Source: Eledone cirrhosa (Eukaryota). Taken from it: a stretch of 64,000 nt of DNA. The DNA lies in NCBI GenBank assembly GCA_964016885.1, contig OZ024742.1, positions 47,864,001 through 47,928,000 of the forward strand, in the 5' to 3' direction. Below, piece after piece: positions 29,874 through 44,159 of this stretch. The position numbers were made by a program, and so were the translations under genes. Every line of letters starts with the position of its first letter. The first letter of the stretch is position 1. A model generated the notes under the pieces. The model was not told the origin of the DNA. It worked only from the letters and a program-made list of their open reading frames with translations, and made no database searches.

Positions 29874-30282
29874 ATATCTTCCTGCCAGATGGTTGAACGT
29901 CTGAAAGTATATACTTTCCTTATGCATATTAACGGCTGAGCAGCCTAATTTGCATATCGAGTGAGTTCAGTCGGCTGGGCGCACCGAAAACGATAAATGG
30001 AATAGAATGAAACTAAATTTCAGTTCTCACTCTTAGTACGGTACTTGCTTAAATGTAATTATGTATTTATGTATACGTACATACATATATGTATACAGAC
30101 GTACAGTAGTATGTAGATATATACATACATACACATATATATATATATATATGCACGTATCGGTTTACCGAACATTTATTATAATGCTCGGTTTGTTTGT
30201 TTATAAACAAACAAACAGCCCGGATTAAGAAGTACAATGTTTAGGCAACCACGTCACTTTTTTGTTCAACACAGACACAGGA

Positions 30283-30325
30283 ACGATGTACTAGTTTCAA
30301 GCTTATTAGCTATCGTCAGCATCGT
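30283..30325 (-). ncRNA. Type I HHR, family B (intact)
   Basis: ACGATG-CTGACGA-TAGCT AATA AGCTT-GAAA-CTAG-TA-CATCGT. Confidence 0.92.
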
Positions 30326-30472
30326 ATACCTTCCTGCCAGATGGTTGAACGTCTGAAAGTATATACTTTCCTTATGCATATTAACGGCTGAGCAGCCTAA
30401 TTTGCATATCGAGTTAATATGCATAAAGAAAGTATATACTTTCAGACGTTAAACCATCTGGCAGGAAGGTAT

Positions 30473-30514
30473 ACGATGCTGACGTTAGCTAATAACTTGA
30501 AACTAGTACATCGT
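30473..30514 (+). ncRNA. Family B HHR, mutated (A9U, 1-nt deletion in stem II)
   Basis: ACGATG-CTGACGT-TAGCTAATAACTT-GAAA-CTAG-TA-CATCGT. Confidence 0.8.
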
Positions 30515-30912
30515 TCCTGTGTCAGTGTTGAAGAAAAAGGTGACGTGGTTGCCTAAATACTGTACGGCGTAATCCGGGCTTTTTGTTTGTTTATAAACAG
30601 ACAAACCGGGCATTATAATAAATGTTCGGTAAACCGATACGTGCATATATATGTGTGCATGTATGTTTATATATATACTAATGTACGTCTGTATACATAT
30701 ATATATGTACGTACACATACATGCATACTTAGATTTAAGTAAGTGCCGTACTAAGAGTGAGAAATGAAATTTCGGTTCATTCTATTCCATTTATCGTTTT
30801 CGGTGCGCCCAGCCGACTGAACTCACTCGATATGCAAATTAGGCTGCTCAGCCGTAATTTGCATAAGGAAAGTATATACTTTCAGACGTTCAACCATCTG
30901 GCAGAAAGGTAT

Positions 30913-30955
30913 ACGATGCTGACGATAGCTAATAAGCTTGAAACTAGTACATCGT
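30913..30955 (+). ncRNA. Type I HHR, family B (intact)
   Basis: Identical to the family consensus. Confidence 0.92.
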
Positions 30956-31635
30956 TCCTGTGTCAGTGTTGAACAAAAAGGTGACGTGGTTGCCTAAACA
31001 CTGTACGGCGTAATCCGGCTTTTGTTTGTTCACAGAGAAACAAACCGTGCCTTATAATAAATTTTCGGTAAACCGATACGTGCATATATATATGTATGCA
31101 TGTATGTATATATATATACATACTACTGTACGTCTGTATACACATATGTATGTACGTATACATACATACATTCTTATATATATATATATATTTATATATA
31201 TAAATATATATGAGAGAGAGAGAGAGAGAGAGGGGGAGATAGAGAGAGAGAGAGAGAGGGAGGGAGATAGAGTGAGCAGATAATCAAGGTGCTTATCCAT
31301 GGAGGTTCTGCCGTAACTCTGCGAGGACCAAGAGGTTTAAGCAATCCAAATGCTATATGCTATTCACGACAGTAGTTTATCCCCAGCTAAATGTTGATGA
31401 TTAGGTGTGACGGAGTTTCCATATATGAAATTTTAAGACAGGGTTACATTTGCATAATAGTTTTATTGCATTATATATATTAAAATGACATAGATATGCA
31501 ATGGTTATATCATTAACTGTTTCTATGTAGCATCATAAGATGCTCATACAATTATGAGTTGTCGAAATGCCGGCGGTAAAATATTACCATCTTGGTGTGA
31601 TGATAGTGAAACAATTGCATAACCATATCATTGAA

Positions 31636-31698
<63 letters not shown>

Positions 31699-31751
31699 TG
31701 AGAGTATGTGTGTGTTTGCATGTGCTGGCAGCGCGCGCGCGGGGTGTGTAT

Positions 31752-31965
31752 GGCGTGTGGTAGAGTTGTTAGAGAATTGGATCTGCAATCATGAGGATGT
31801 GCGTTCGAGTCCCGGACCAGGTGATGCATTATGTCTTTGGGCAAAACACTTTATTTTAGGTTGGTCCTTGTACCTGGAGTTGCGACCGAAAGATAGTATT
31901 AGCAATTGGAAAAACCAACGGAAACATTGTTTCCTCGGTCTGATTTGACGAAACTGGATCGACTG
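31752..31965 (+). mobile_element. tRNA-derived SINE, family 2
   Basis: A-box-like GTGGTAGAGTTG and B-box GTTCGAGTCC; minus-strand copies at 48440-48651 and 59993-60202. Confidence 0.85.
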
Positions 31966-32014
31966 TCGATATATATATAAACATATATATATCGACTGTC
32001 GATATATATATATA

Positions 32015-32093
<79 letters not shown>

Positions 32094-32549
32094 TGGCGTT
32101 GTTTGGCGGGAAGATATGTGTTTTCCTGATAACGCTGACAAATTATATTTCTACTTAGTTTTATTGAATGAACAATTTAATTTGTTGTTTTAAGGGACTT
32201 CAAAATGTGCGGACAGCCATTTTAGATATTTAATTTTTCCAGATATCATTTGATTGCGAATACCTTCTATTCAGTATAGCTTCTACAAGAGAGTAGCATT
32301 TGATAGTCACTGCATTTCACACCAAATCAGACGAAGCGAAATTAGACAAATAACATTTAGAGGGAAACGAATGCAAACGAATCAGATCTATGCCTTTACT
32401 AGCACACTGACAGTGAATTACAAAAAAAAAAAAGAAAAAAGCAACAACAACGACACAAAACAACTGTAACTCACACGGATACAGTACGAACAAAAGTACT
32501 AAGACTAAACTAAATCTTTTCGCAAGCCTTAAAACCATAATGAAATGTA

Positions 32550-33985
32550 TATATTTTGTTTCTGAATTTGTTTAGCAAGATTCTTTATCTGAAAACGTGT
32601 GTTGAAACCGATATAGTTATACTGTGGGAGGGTCATGTTGCCAATAAGAACCACATGCACCAGTTGCTTTCACTTCAATGTATTATACACTTCCGGTTGG
32701 CTGGTCGGCTCCACAACCGGATGGTTGTTCATATATTGTCAAAGTTCTTTCGTCACACATTCTGTGACCTCTAGAGATACTTTTCTTTGTTTTGTGCCTC
32801 TCCTTTGTTCTGTCCTATGCCATCTTGTTTTTGTGTGTGTTGTGTGCTTAGTTTGCGCATATGTTAAATCCGGGTGTCTGTGTGTGTTTTTATTTGTTTA
32901 TTTATTATTTTATTTACATGTTACTAGTTAGTTGTTTGTTCTATGTGTGTGTGTTTTCATGTTGTCCTTAATTGTAGGTTGTGATGTTGCTATTCCATTC
33001 ATGTTTTCTATTTAATTTTGGTTGAAGATCATTTATGTTTATAGCCCCTGTGATTTGTCTAAACATTGCGTCTTTTCTGTGTGTAGATTTTATTTTTATT
33101 TCTATGTTCTCTAATTTGCTTTTTTGTTCTATTTTAGCATGTTGGTGGAGTACCGATGAGTCTTTTATATCTTGGAGATCTCGCCAGTGTTCATTTAATC
33201 TCCTATGCTACGAGCTGTCTCACCTATGTACATTATATTCTTATCTTTACATTGTCCCTCAGTACATCTTATACTATATACTATGTTAACTGTAAAACTA
33301 GAATCATAGTATATAGCATAAGATATACTGAGGGACAACGCAATGATAAGAATATAGTGTACATAGGTGATACAGCTTGTAGAATAGGAGAACGATTAAA
33401 TGAACACTGGCGAGAACTCCAAGATAGAAAAAGACTCATCAGTACTCCACCAATATGTTGAAATAGAACTTAAGGGCAAATTAGAGAACATAGAAATGAA
33501 AATAAAATCTACACACAGAAAAGACGCAATGTTTAGACAAATCACAGAGGCAATACACATAAATGAACTCCAACCGAAATTAAATAGAAAACATGAATGG
33601 AATAGCAACATCACAACTTACAATTAAGGACAAAATGAAAACACACACACATAGAACAAACAACTAACTAGTAATATGTAAATAAACAAATACATAAACA
33701 AATAAATAAACAAATAAAAATACACACAGACACCCGGATGTAACATATACGCAAACTAAGCACACAACACACACAAAAATAATATGGCGTAGGACAGAAC
33801 AAAGGAGAGGCACAAAACAAAAAAAATAATCCCCAGTCACTGCAGAGGTCACAATGTGTGACGAAAGAACTTTGAGAAATATATGTACAACCATCCTGTT
33901 GTGGAACCAACCAACCAACCGGGAATTTATAATAAATTGAAGTTAAAGTAACTGGTGCGTGTGTTTCTTATTGGCAACATGACAC
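32550..33985. mobile_element. Fold-back of the PLE3 (Naiad-like) 3' end: GIY-YIG and pLTR, minus then plus; junction about 33280
   Basis: CKTRIIVYSIRYTE...IVYIGDTACRIGERLNEHW; FRQITEAIHI...LNRKHEW; homologous to 61030-61830; decayed HHR copies at about 32738-32775 and 33836-33876. Confidence 0.9.
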
Positions 33986-36399
33986 TCCGAAAGTATAGAA
34001 ATGTATATATATATATATATATATATATAAAGAGAGAGAGAGAGAGAGAGGGGAAAGGGAGAGATCGATACATATAGTTATATTATATGTGTGTGTTTGC
34101 CATGTGTACATGTGTGTGCATATATGCGTGAGTGTGTATGTATGTATGAGTACACATTTACACGTGTGCATGTGTGTGAAAGAATATAGATAATGGGGTC
34201 GGTAGGGAGGGTTAACTACACGTACATGCTTGCATATATCAATCTGGGTGTCGGATTTTATGGATCAATACACTGGGAGTTATGAATCAATAAAATGTTA
34301 TGTTCATAAGACTAGTTGTATGTATTATTCTATATACAGTCCTGCGGTCATTTCTGTCAGTGGATATTTATGGCTACATAGTTATTTTTTGTGCGTGTGA
34401 GATGTTTTTAAATGAGTGAATTTAGCTTCATGTGCGTATCTGACAGAAATATAATATATGTTATTTTAGTAAAGTAAACTACTTGCTCCAACCATAAGAC
34501 ATCAAAGGTAGTAAATGCCAATTGAAGAAGTTTGCTAAAAGACATCTTAAACTTTTCCAGGAAGACCTCTCCGCTAAACTAATGTATTGTCTATCCAACT
34601 ACATACATATGAAACAAAAGGCAAATAAACCATGTACAAGTGAGCTCAGCTGTAGTTATAAATCTAACAGCTTATTAGGTAGCCATGTATGGATTGCTGG
34701 GCATCTTGGACGATACAATGGATGTTAAGTATGTGTGCTTCGACACTATAGAAGAGCCAGAGATGCATTGCTTACAAAACCAAGCTCAGTGTCTATGGGC
34801 ATAAACATGTTAGATTTTAAAACGCCGTAGCTTCTTCACTTATTCCGAATCATTGTGTTGCTGACAGGGACCTCCATTTTGAGAGCACATTTCTAAGATA
34901 AATGGCTGTTGAAAATCGCAATGCATCTATTTATATTTGTATGATTGGTGCATTTATTTGTATGAATTCCAAATATAATTGGCTTCGATTCAAATATAGA
35001 TTATCCCGACACGGCAATATCTTCAGGTAACACTGAACATACATAACAAGTAACAAATTCCGCAATCAATGTTATCTGTGCAACGTCTATCAACACTATC
35101 TAGTTCATTATGTTAATGTATCTATGCACCGTTACTGCAAACACGATAGGCCTCTTAATATCCAAACACTTCCTACAGCTCAGCTAGTATCAGCACTACC
35201 ACCATCACCCTCAGAACACTAACAACAAGGTCTTTCAAATAATGAGGGACTTTCTACGCAATTCCTCGACATTTTTCCCAAATCGAACTAAACATTCCAC
35301 CCAATATCTTAAAAAAAGTGACCACATTAATTAATGCAGTCCAGGTCACCATTACATTCCGCAAAAAAGGAAATGGCTTGATAGTAAATTTAGAATGCCT
35401 TTCATCTTCGGTTTGTTCAATCAGAACAAATATGTGGTTACATAACATCAAAAGGAGCAATCCTGTTCAGGAACATTATTTCAAAAACCATCAGACGTAG
35501 CAAGCCTCTGTAACAATATCGCTGCAAAAAACAACAAAACCAGTTAACTCACAAATACTATGATATCACAGATAACATCAATTCTAATACCCCCACCATC
35601 ACCATCTCAACAATTTTTACCACGATCATTACCAAATAAACCAACATCCAAAATACCTATGCCGAACATCATTCCAATCAGCGAAATCCGTAATTCCAGC
35701 GAAACAGAAAACTCATACCACCCAAGTAACAATAACACCAACACCAACATACAATCCTCCAAACCACTCCGGCAATATTTATAACGAATGTCCTCCTAAC
35801 ATTCCTGCCTTGAAATAATTATATACCAAATCAGAATGTAATTCATTGATGTATGATGGCATTGTAATATCAATGAATGACCGAGTGTAGCAGAACTGAG
35901 TATTATTTTCATAAACTGTTGACAGATCAGAAAGCAACGATTTAAAGAAAATATATGGAAGCACGTAAGTGAAAATGTATTATTGATTTGCATACAAACT
36001 AGCTCAAAGTTTGAAACTATATTAAGGTTTTTTAATGTATAATTTTACATTTAAAATAACGTTATACGGGAGATATATGTTATTATTTTAAGTATGCGCT
36101 TGTGCATACAAGCACGTGGTATGTAAAAAAATTAATAGTACCACCATGAGAGCATTTAAGTATAACAGGGATGTATATGATAGCATATACTATATGTTTA
36201 TATTCTATAAACATATGGGAGACTCGCTATCAGGTACAAGTAATTTTCTTCGTTACAAAATAATTTTTTTTTCAACATTGAGGATCCTTTATGTTTGTAG
36301 GATATAAACCTATAGTACGTATAATATATGCTTTCACATATATCAATATTAAACTTAAATGGTGTATTACAGATACTGACTATAAATTGTAATCAGCCA

Positions 36400-36752
<353 letters not shown>

Positions 36753-36758
36753 GAGAGA

Positions 36759-37059
36759 GAAAGATTGAAGAATACCATGCTCAGCTGAACAAAAAGGTTT
36801 GAATTCTAGTATTAACACTTGTTTCATTGATCAGGCGAGTCTAAATGCCGCTAATCACTCGAAGTTGATTCTACGTTGTATCTATAAATACCAATGCCAT
36901 TTGTGAAACCTCCAGTATCTCGATGATTTGATCAGATGTAAACACTGTATTTAATGTCGAGTGATTAGCGGCCTTTAGACCCGCCTGATCAATGAAACAA
37001 TTATTAATACTAGAATTACAACCTTTTTGTACAGACGACGATGTTATTTTCAATCTTTC
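36759..37059. repeat. Fold-back inverted repeat, arms about 104 bp, spacer about 94 bp
   Basis: 36759-36862 vs 36957-37059, moderately diverged. Confidence 0.85.
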
Positions 37060-37221
37060 ACTATTATTACTCCAACAATAACCTGCATAGGAATTCTCTC
37101 GAACTCGCTACCATAACGATGGAAACCCCTTGAGTCAAACATCGCGGTACGTTAAAACTATCCACAATACGGAGTTCCCACAACCTCTAACTGGATTACC
37201 TATACGATAACTTGTTATCCC

Positions 37222-37313
<92 letters not shown>

Positions 37314-37461
37314 GCGTGTGTGTGTGTGTGTGCATATATATATATATTAATAAAAGGAATTCCAACTTTGTCTGATTTACTCGTTTTATTTACAATCCTT
37401 TAAAATTATAATGGTATTGGAATGAAATTGTGTGGTAGGATATTAAATCTTAAGTGTTAAT

Positions 37462-37500
37462 TGAACAAGTACTTTCATGCTTTCGCAATCTTCAGGGTCA
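37462..37500 (-). ncRNA. Minimal type I hammerhead ribozyme
   Basis: TGACC-CTGAAGA-TTGC GAAA GCAT-GAAA-GTAC-TT-GTTCA: GNRA-capped stem II, palindromic stem III, one mismatch in stem I. Confidence 0.78.
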
Positions 37501-38039
37501 TATTCTGTGGTGACAGTCAAGTTTGCAATTTTCAACTGTAATGAGATGGGTAAATTTTGAGCCTTATATACAGTTAAAAGTGGCTACAGAATGCTAATTT
37601 TGCAAACTGTATTTCGACCAATCGGTGTGTAGTTTCACTCGATTACTAAAACTGATTGGTTTCGGCGTCACGGTTGGTTGAGCATGTCTAACAACATCTA
37701 TTTGACCCTATCCAAAGCATCAATTGTTTTGCTATTTTTAGAAATGATGAAAGTAGCATTTTCTAGTAATCATCACCATCAACATCACTTTTTTTTATTA
37801 TTATTGTTGTTGTTGTTAGTGGTGGTAGTCGACATGGTCGTAATCATAGTCATAGTAGGAGTAATACCTCATTATTATTGTTCATTTAGCCTGGATTGGA
37901 ATTTATCAATAACATTCTTTTCTTTGATTTTTCTCTTCATTTCACTTGGGCTGTGTTATTTGTAGAATGAAAATATTATAAATATTTTCTGACCACATGT
38001 TGCTAGATGGTTACCCAGGGGTATCTGACGGGCATTTGG

Positions 38040-38400
38040 GTCTCTGATTTGCTGTCAGTGCACACGTGCACGTTCCGATAGTGCATTTCCAGTTTGACCG
38101 ACATATAGTTCTATACAATTCAGGCATTTAATGCAGTAAATTAGATATCTGCTTTTGCAGTTCATATTTGCATTTGGGAATATTTTTCCAGTTTTTGTGT
38201 TCATATATTGACCGGTGTGTATGGATTGACATGTGCCACATCGACTATCATTGCATTTAGATACAGTGAATGATTGATCTTTGTTGTTAAGGTCAAACTT
38301 TGCTTTTGTTAGTAATTGCTTCAAATGTTTAGGCTGTCTTTTACTAAGAGTCAAAGATCGGTGTGTGATTAAGCCTTTTAATTCATTACTTTGAGCAAGA
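38040..38400 (-). pseudogene. PLE4 GIY-YIG endonuclease fragment (Neptune-like Cys linker)
   Basis: KRQPKHLKQLLTKAKF...CNDSRCGTC...MNCKSRYLIYCIKCLNCIELYVGQTGNALSERARVH. Confidence 0.88.
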
Positions 38401-40673
38401 TCGGTAGGTTTGCTTTGGCAGTGTTGAAGATATTCTGGTGACATGGGTTGTGTGTCATTATAATGACACACAACTCATGTCACCAAAATATGTGTTACTT
38501 CCAATGTGTTACTCGTCAGCAAGTATGTTGTAGCTATCTCCTTAATTTGGATTGCTACAGCAGAACATTTAATATGTGATATTATATAACATTCACGTGA
38601 CCATAGTGTCTATACATTCTCTCAATATTTACATAACGATAGTTGTGGTAGATTTAATCATCGCGTGTCTGCTGTATTATATTAGTGAATCAGTTATGGT
38701 GTTTTATCAAACACCGAACATTGAGTTTTTGTTGGAATGTTCAATACATTCTGGTTTGTGGAATGAATCGTTGTAGTTAAATTTGCATTAGTTTAAAATT
38801 TGCTATGTGTGTGATACCTTAAGACATACGGTTTTTGTCCCGACTGGGTTCCCACGCCTTTCTATTTATCACAAGATTCTGTTCTGAGAAGGATTCCTCT
38901 AAATATAAGAGATTTTAAAAGGTATCGTGAGGATAACCTTTAACTAAAAGGCAATTTTCGTCAATATTGTGTATCAGTATTACCACTGCTTACGTTTTAG
39001 GGAATATAGTATTTCGTCTGCCATGAGTTCTAGTACATTTTGCTTACTATACTCTTGTTCGCATCAACATTTTCATGCTTATGTAAGCAATTCTAGAATA
39101 TATTTTACGAAATAGAAAAGATGAGCTGCTATTGTTTTCAAAGACAGTATTCTTGCGGTTATCTATGATGTATGAACATTTTGTTAGGCCAAATACCCAA
39201 GCCATACATCAGCTGAATATCTCCAGCTGTTTTCTAGCGTTATAAACATTTCTAGTGCAAAACTTTCGATTGTCAACAAAGGAATTATAGATTCTATTAG
39301 AATATTGTCAGTCACAGTGTGACTGCTGGAGTGAATATATCGCCAACATAAACAGAAACCCAGACAGTCAGCCTCTTCTGGATATTCTTTCGGAATATAT
39401 TAATAGAACGATCACTGCAGGTATCTGTGATCTGTTCCTGCCACGTGCTTGCAGCTAAATAAAGACATGAATTTATTGTCCAGTAAATATCGTTACATGC
39501 TTTCATATAGTCTACAGAGATAACATAAGTATATTTTATCTTGAAAATGGTTGATAATTTCCCACCCTTGTCAAAAGAGTTACGTTTATCATCTAATGAT
39601 ATCTAGGGAAACTCGGAACCCAATTTTCTGAGATAGTTTCCAAATGTTAGAGTTTGCTATATTTTGGAATCAATTTGGCGTCTCGAGATACGCGAATTTC
39701 ATGCTTCCATCTGAAGGCGACAAGCCCATCGCCAGTTTTTTTCGGGGAGAGATGGAGATTGCAATATAGCTAAGCAAGGCTACAACATGTCTCTTGTTGA
39801 TTCACATTACGTACGATGCGATGTGTTTGGGTTCATTGAATCTGACTATACTGCAGTTTTTGGTGGTCTTACAAGCGCCCGTCACACACTTGCTAATTTG
39901 CTATGATCCTTGACGATATGTGAATTTTAGAGGCGGCCTTAATACGCTTTGTAGTAACTATATAATTAAGTTGTGAACGTTTACTAGAGAGCTATGAATG
40001 TCACGCATTGCTCGATCTTCCCTAGTAGCTGAGCGCTGTTTGGAGTGGAGTCATTTACTCGTCCGCCAGAAGACAACTTATATCGCAAATAACCATCATA
40101 CCTGGTGGCCATATCAGTATTTGCCACCTGCAACACGTTCACTAACGGCGGATTTAGTGGGTCAAGTCAGACATCGAGTCAAAATAATTGAGATGTTTCA
40201 ATATAATTGTATCTCAGCTGAAATAGAAACTGAGTTAATTCACAGAAAGAAATGAGTCGTATGGCAATATCAAACGCCTTTGTCGATGTTTGCAAACACA
40301 CACATAAAGACACACATATATACATATACGCATACACACACTAACATCCTTATTAATAGTCAATTCTACCTTATAGTAGGCCTTATAATGATACTATAAT
40401 ACAGAAAACTGTATTTTCGAATCTCTTTATGAAACGTTCTTAACAATTACGCATACCAATTGTAAACATCTGGGTGTATATCATGGGAAATATAGATTTT
40501 CTGTCAAAATATAATACATTGGGTGTTAATGTAACCAATAAGAACGAATTAATATGTAAAGACTTTAAGTACGGTAGATGAAAATTACATACATTTTCCT
40601 TCGAACTTCTAATACAGCCACATCTGTGAAGATGACTATTTTCATATTTTAATGTTATCCTCAACCCATATAC

Positions 40674-40714
<41 letters not shown>

Positions 40715-40715
40715 T

Positions 40716-40868
<153 letters not shown>

Positions 40869-41319
40869 CATGTATGAATGTGTGTGTGTGTGAAAATATG
40901 TAAGTGTATGTGTCTGTGTGTCTGTGCGTGTATGCGTAATATATATATGAATGTATATATATATATATTTCGATATGAATATCTGTATGTATATATATTT
41001 TATATATATATATATATAAGTATGTATATGTTATATAATATGTATATGTATGAGAGATGTTTGTGTATAATTATGAGAAAAAAAACCTTTACAAACTATA
41101 TTATTCTCTGTAGTTTCGTCTTTTTAATCTCGAAGAAGAGTTAGCCTATAACTGCAAGCTCAGGTGTCTATTTTAGATCTAATATCTAGTAAAGAACTAC
41201 GAAAGAATTCTTATCATAAAGCAATATGGCGTTTTGACAGGTATATATATTCATATATATATATATATGTGCGTGAGTGTGTGACTATATATACATACAC
41301 ACACACACACTCATAAATA

Positions 41320-41356
<37 letters not shown>

Positions 41357-41911
41357 GTGTGGGGAGGGGGGGTATGTATTTGTGCGTGTACATAATTTCA
41401 TATGGTATTCTGTATATGTTTGCTTTGTGTCTGGTGCTAAGATAAATCATATATTTAAAAACTGAAGCAGAATTTTTGCCAATGATATTACATTAATATT
41501 GATGTATATTATATTTTCTGATCCGAGAGAGATACATAAATAAGTAGTATTGTGGGTAGCCAAGTCGTGCCCTCTGGTAATATAAGTACGGACATTGCAG
41601 TATAACACAATCTACGCAGTACCGACCACTGTTATCATTGATATACATATTAAACAACACACTGTTTAACAGACACACACTTACACAAATATATGAACAA
41701 TTTATACTCAATATATATGCCCCTAATTCATATTTACAATTCAAAAAATTATATTGATGTGTCTCCTCGTAAATACCATGTCTACCACCATACTTAATCG
41801 GGTCACTCCTTTAGTCATATTGAAGTAACTTTATAATCTTGGCTTGAATCGCTATATATTTCATGTATGTATGTGTGTATGTATGTATGTATGTATGGTT
41901 GTATGTATGTG

Positions 41912-43070
41912 TGTATCCCAGTACAACCTGTCTCATGGTCGGGTCGTTGGCGACTAAACTGGTAACCCCACCAAGGTCTCTTGGTGAGGAGGGTGACTTT
42001 GGACATCCTGCAGGAGTAAAAACAAAACCTGTCAAAGGGCAAAGGAGCTCTTAAGAGTCAATCGCCATCCAAAATCACCGGGAGAGATGACCCCTTAGCC
42101 TTTGTCAAGGCAGAATTCTAGGAGAAGGAAAACTCTGATATAACACCTGCAACCCTGGTGGTATCCAATGATGTTGACTTGTTCTTCTTTTTGGTAACTA
42201 TCATCTTGGTTAAGAGAGTGGGACTGGCTTTGTGCAGTGCCTTTGCTCACTATAAAAGCTTCATGGCACAGGCATTGCTTTATATCTGGAGATCTCTCTG
42301 CACTTGTCGTCACATGGCCCAGCACTATGTGTCAATAATTGTCACAAGTGTAGTGTTTGTACCAGAGTTTTCAAGTCGCTGCCTGGACTAAAAAGCCACA
42401 CTCATTCAGCTCATCGGTAGGGGTTCTCCTACATGGATATAAAGTAGTGGCCGTACTCGAAAACGAGTTGGCAGCCACCATGTATGTGTGTATGTATGTA
42501 TGTATGTCGTCGACTAAACCGGCAACCCCACCAAGTTTACTTGATGAGGAGGGTGATTTTGGACACCCTGCAGGACAAAAAACAAAACCTGACAAAGGGC
42601 GGAAGCACTAAACACCCATCCAAAAATGTGTAAATATGTGTGTGTATATGGAAGTGTATGTATGTATATATGCGTATGTGTATGTGCATGTATGCATGTG
42701 TATATATATGCGCGGAGGCATATAAATAATCGGGCTGGATACCCGATGGCACGGTTAAACTACTAGGAGTGAAGGGGCCTTAGCTTTTGTCATGGCATTC
42801 TTCTAGAGAATGCAACTAAAAAAACTGGGATAACTCCGACATAAAACCTTCGGCTCGGTAGTTACCGATGATATTGATTTTTTTCTTCTCTTCGGGTTAT
42901 AACTACTGTCGCTCAGAGAGTGAGATTGGCTCAGTCCACAGCCTTTCCTCCCTTTAAAAATATCTTCACGCACAGGCATTGCACGATAACATTAATTGAT
43001 AATTATTTAATAATGTTATATCATGCAATGACCAAACTCGATAATGAGGGGGCAGCCATCATCAACATGT
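41912..43070 (+). mobile_element. Two tandem copies of a structured non-coding repeat (41912-42480; 42507-43070, interrupted), resembling an RTE 5' UTR/SINE
   Basis: CGACTAAAC.GG.AACCCCACCAAG...TGAGGAGGGTGA.TTTGGACA.CCTGCAGGA is shared; (TATG)n flanks. Origin is inferred. Confidence 0.55.
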
Positions 43071-44159
43071 ATGTATATATGTATATATGTATTTATTGAT
43101 GTTTACAATGATTGCGTCTAATTGCTATTCTTACTGGGTACCGGACAATAATAATTTGAAAGTTTACAGTTGAAACCAAATATTTTATTAAAATCTCTCA
43201 CAATCGAAGTTGCCACACGGTGGAACTGATTAAGAAACCACGTAGTTGTGAAGGCAAATTCTTAGCCCCACAGCCATGCATATTTGAAGAAGATTTATTT
43301 CCTTAGATTATAATATTAAATAACTCATTGAGAATTTCAAAGACGCTCGAGTGGCAAAACATTCGATTACAGCTCATCAAGCTCGTATATTGGTCAGTGT
43401 AAAATTGATATAAATTATTAAGCTGTTGTACTATATATTCCCGAGTTAACGTGAATAGAGCAAGCCAGTGATTGAAGAAATTTCAATGCTGACAAACCCA
43501 ACTTCCTCCCGTTTAGTGTGATTTGTGACATATCTGGCTATTGTTTTAAGCAGATTGAGTGACTATTTAGATGCTTATTAGGTGGTGATATCTGATAGAG
43601 CAGGCTTTTCATAAAATGTATGGATAGGAAAATGAAATAAAAATATAGATAATGGAATGAATACAAAAATACGATATATAATATATAATACATACACTAT
43701 ATAAATAATTAACATTATGCTATCTAAAATCCCAGATGTGCCCACAGAATGGGCACATAAATCTGACAGTGTCCAACATCCTTATGCATCAATAGACGGC
43801 TATAGAAAAAAGGAGCAACAATGAAAGTGCTCCATGATGGCATCAGCCCATCCCATGGAACAGGTTAAAGAAAAGAAAAGAGAAAATGTATAAAAACAGG
43901 TGGAGTTTTCTTTGTCATAGCTTTTTGTGTCATGGTAGCATAAGCATTAACATTTAATGAGGAGTCGGGAGATGATAAATCGATATTTTGTGTTTTACTT
44001 AGGAACTCTGTTTGAGTTGGAGGAGGGACTCTGGCTTGGTAAATATGCCTGCTGGGTGAAATGGGTGGTAGGTGTGAATAGATGAATCAGAGAGCGATGA
44101 TAGTTCAAATGATATGAACAATATTACGTGTGGCGAATTAGGTGCGATAGAACATCGAA

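Larger units (their letters stand above)
29548..31175. mobile_element. Retrozyme-like tandem family B (440-450-nt unit), locus 1: about 1.9 units minus plus about 1.7 units plus; inversion junction about 30413
   Basis: Unit starts at 29551 and 29995; four HHRs; (TA)n flanks. Confidence 0.9.

Noticed and set aside
31752-31830. tRNA gene
   Set aside because: A/B boxes continue into a repeated SINE body; no complete cloverleaf.
41960-42000. Twister ribozyme (TAAC...GGAGGG)
   Set aside because: Lacks the UCCC-AAGC-CC loop 4/pseudoknot segment.
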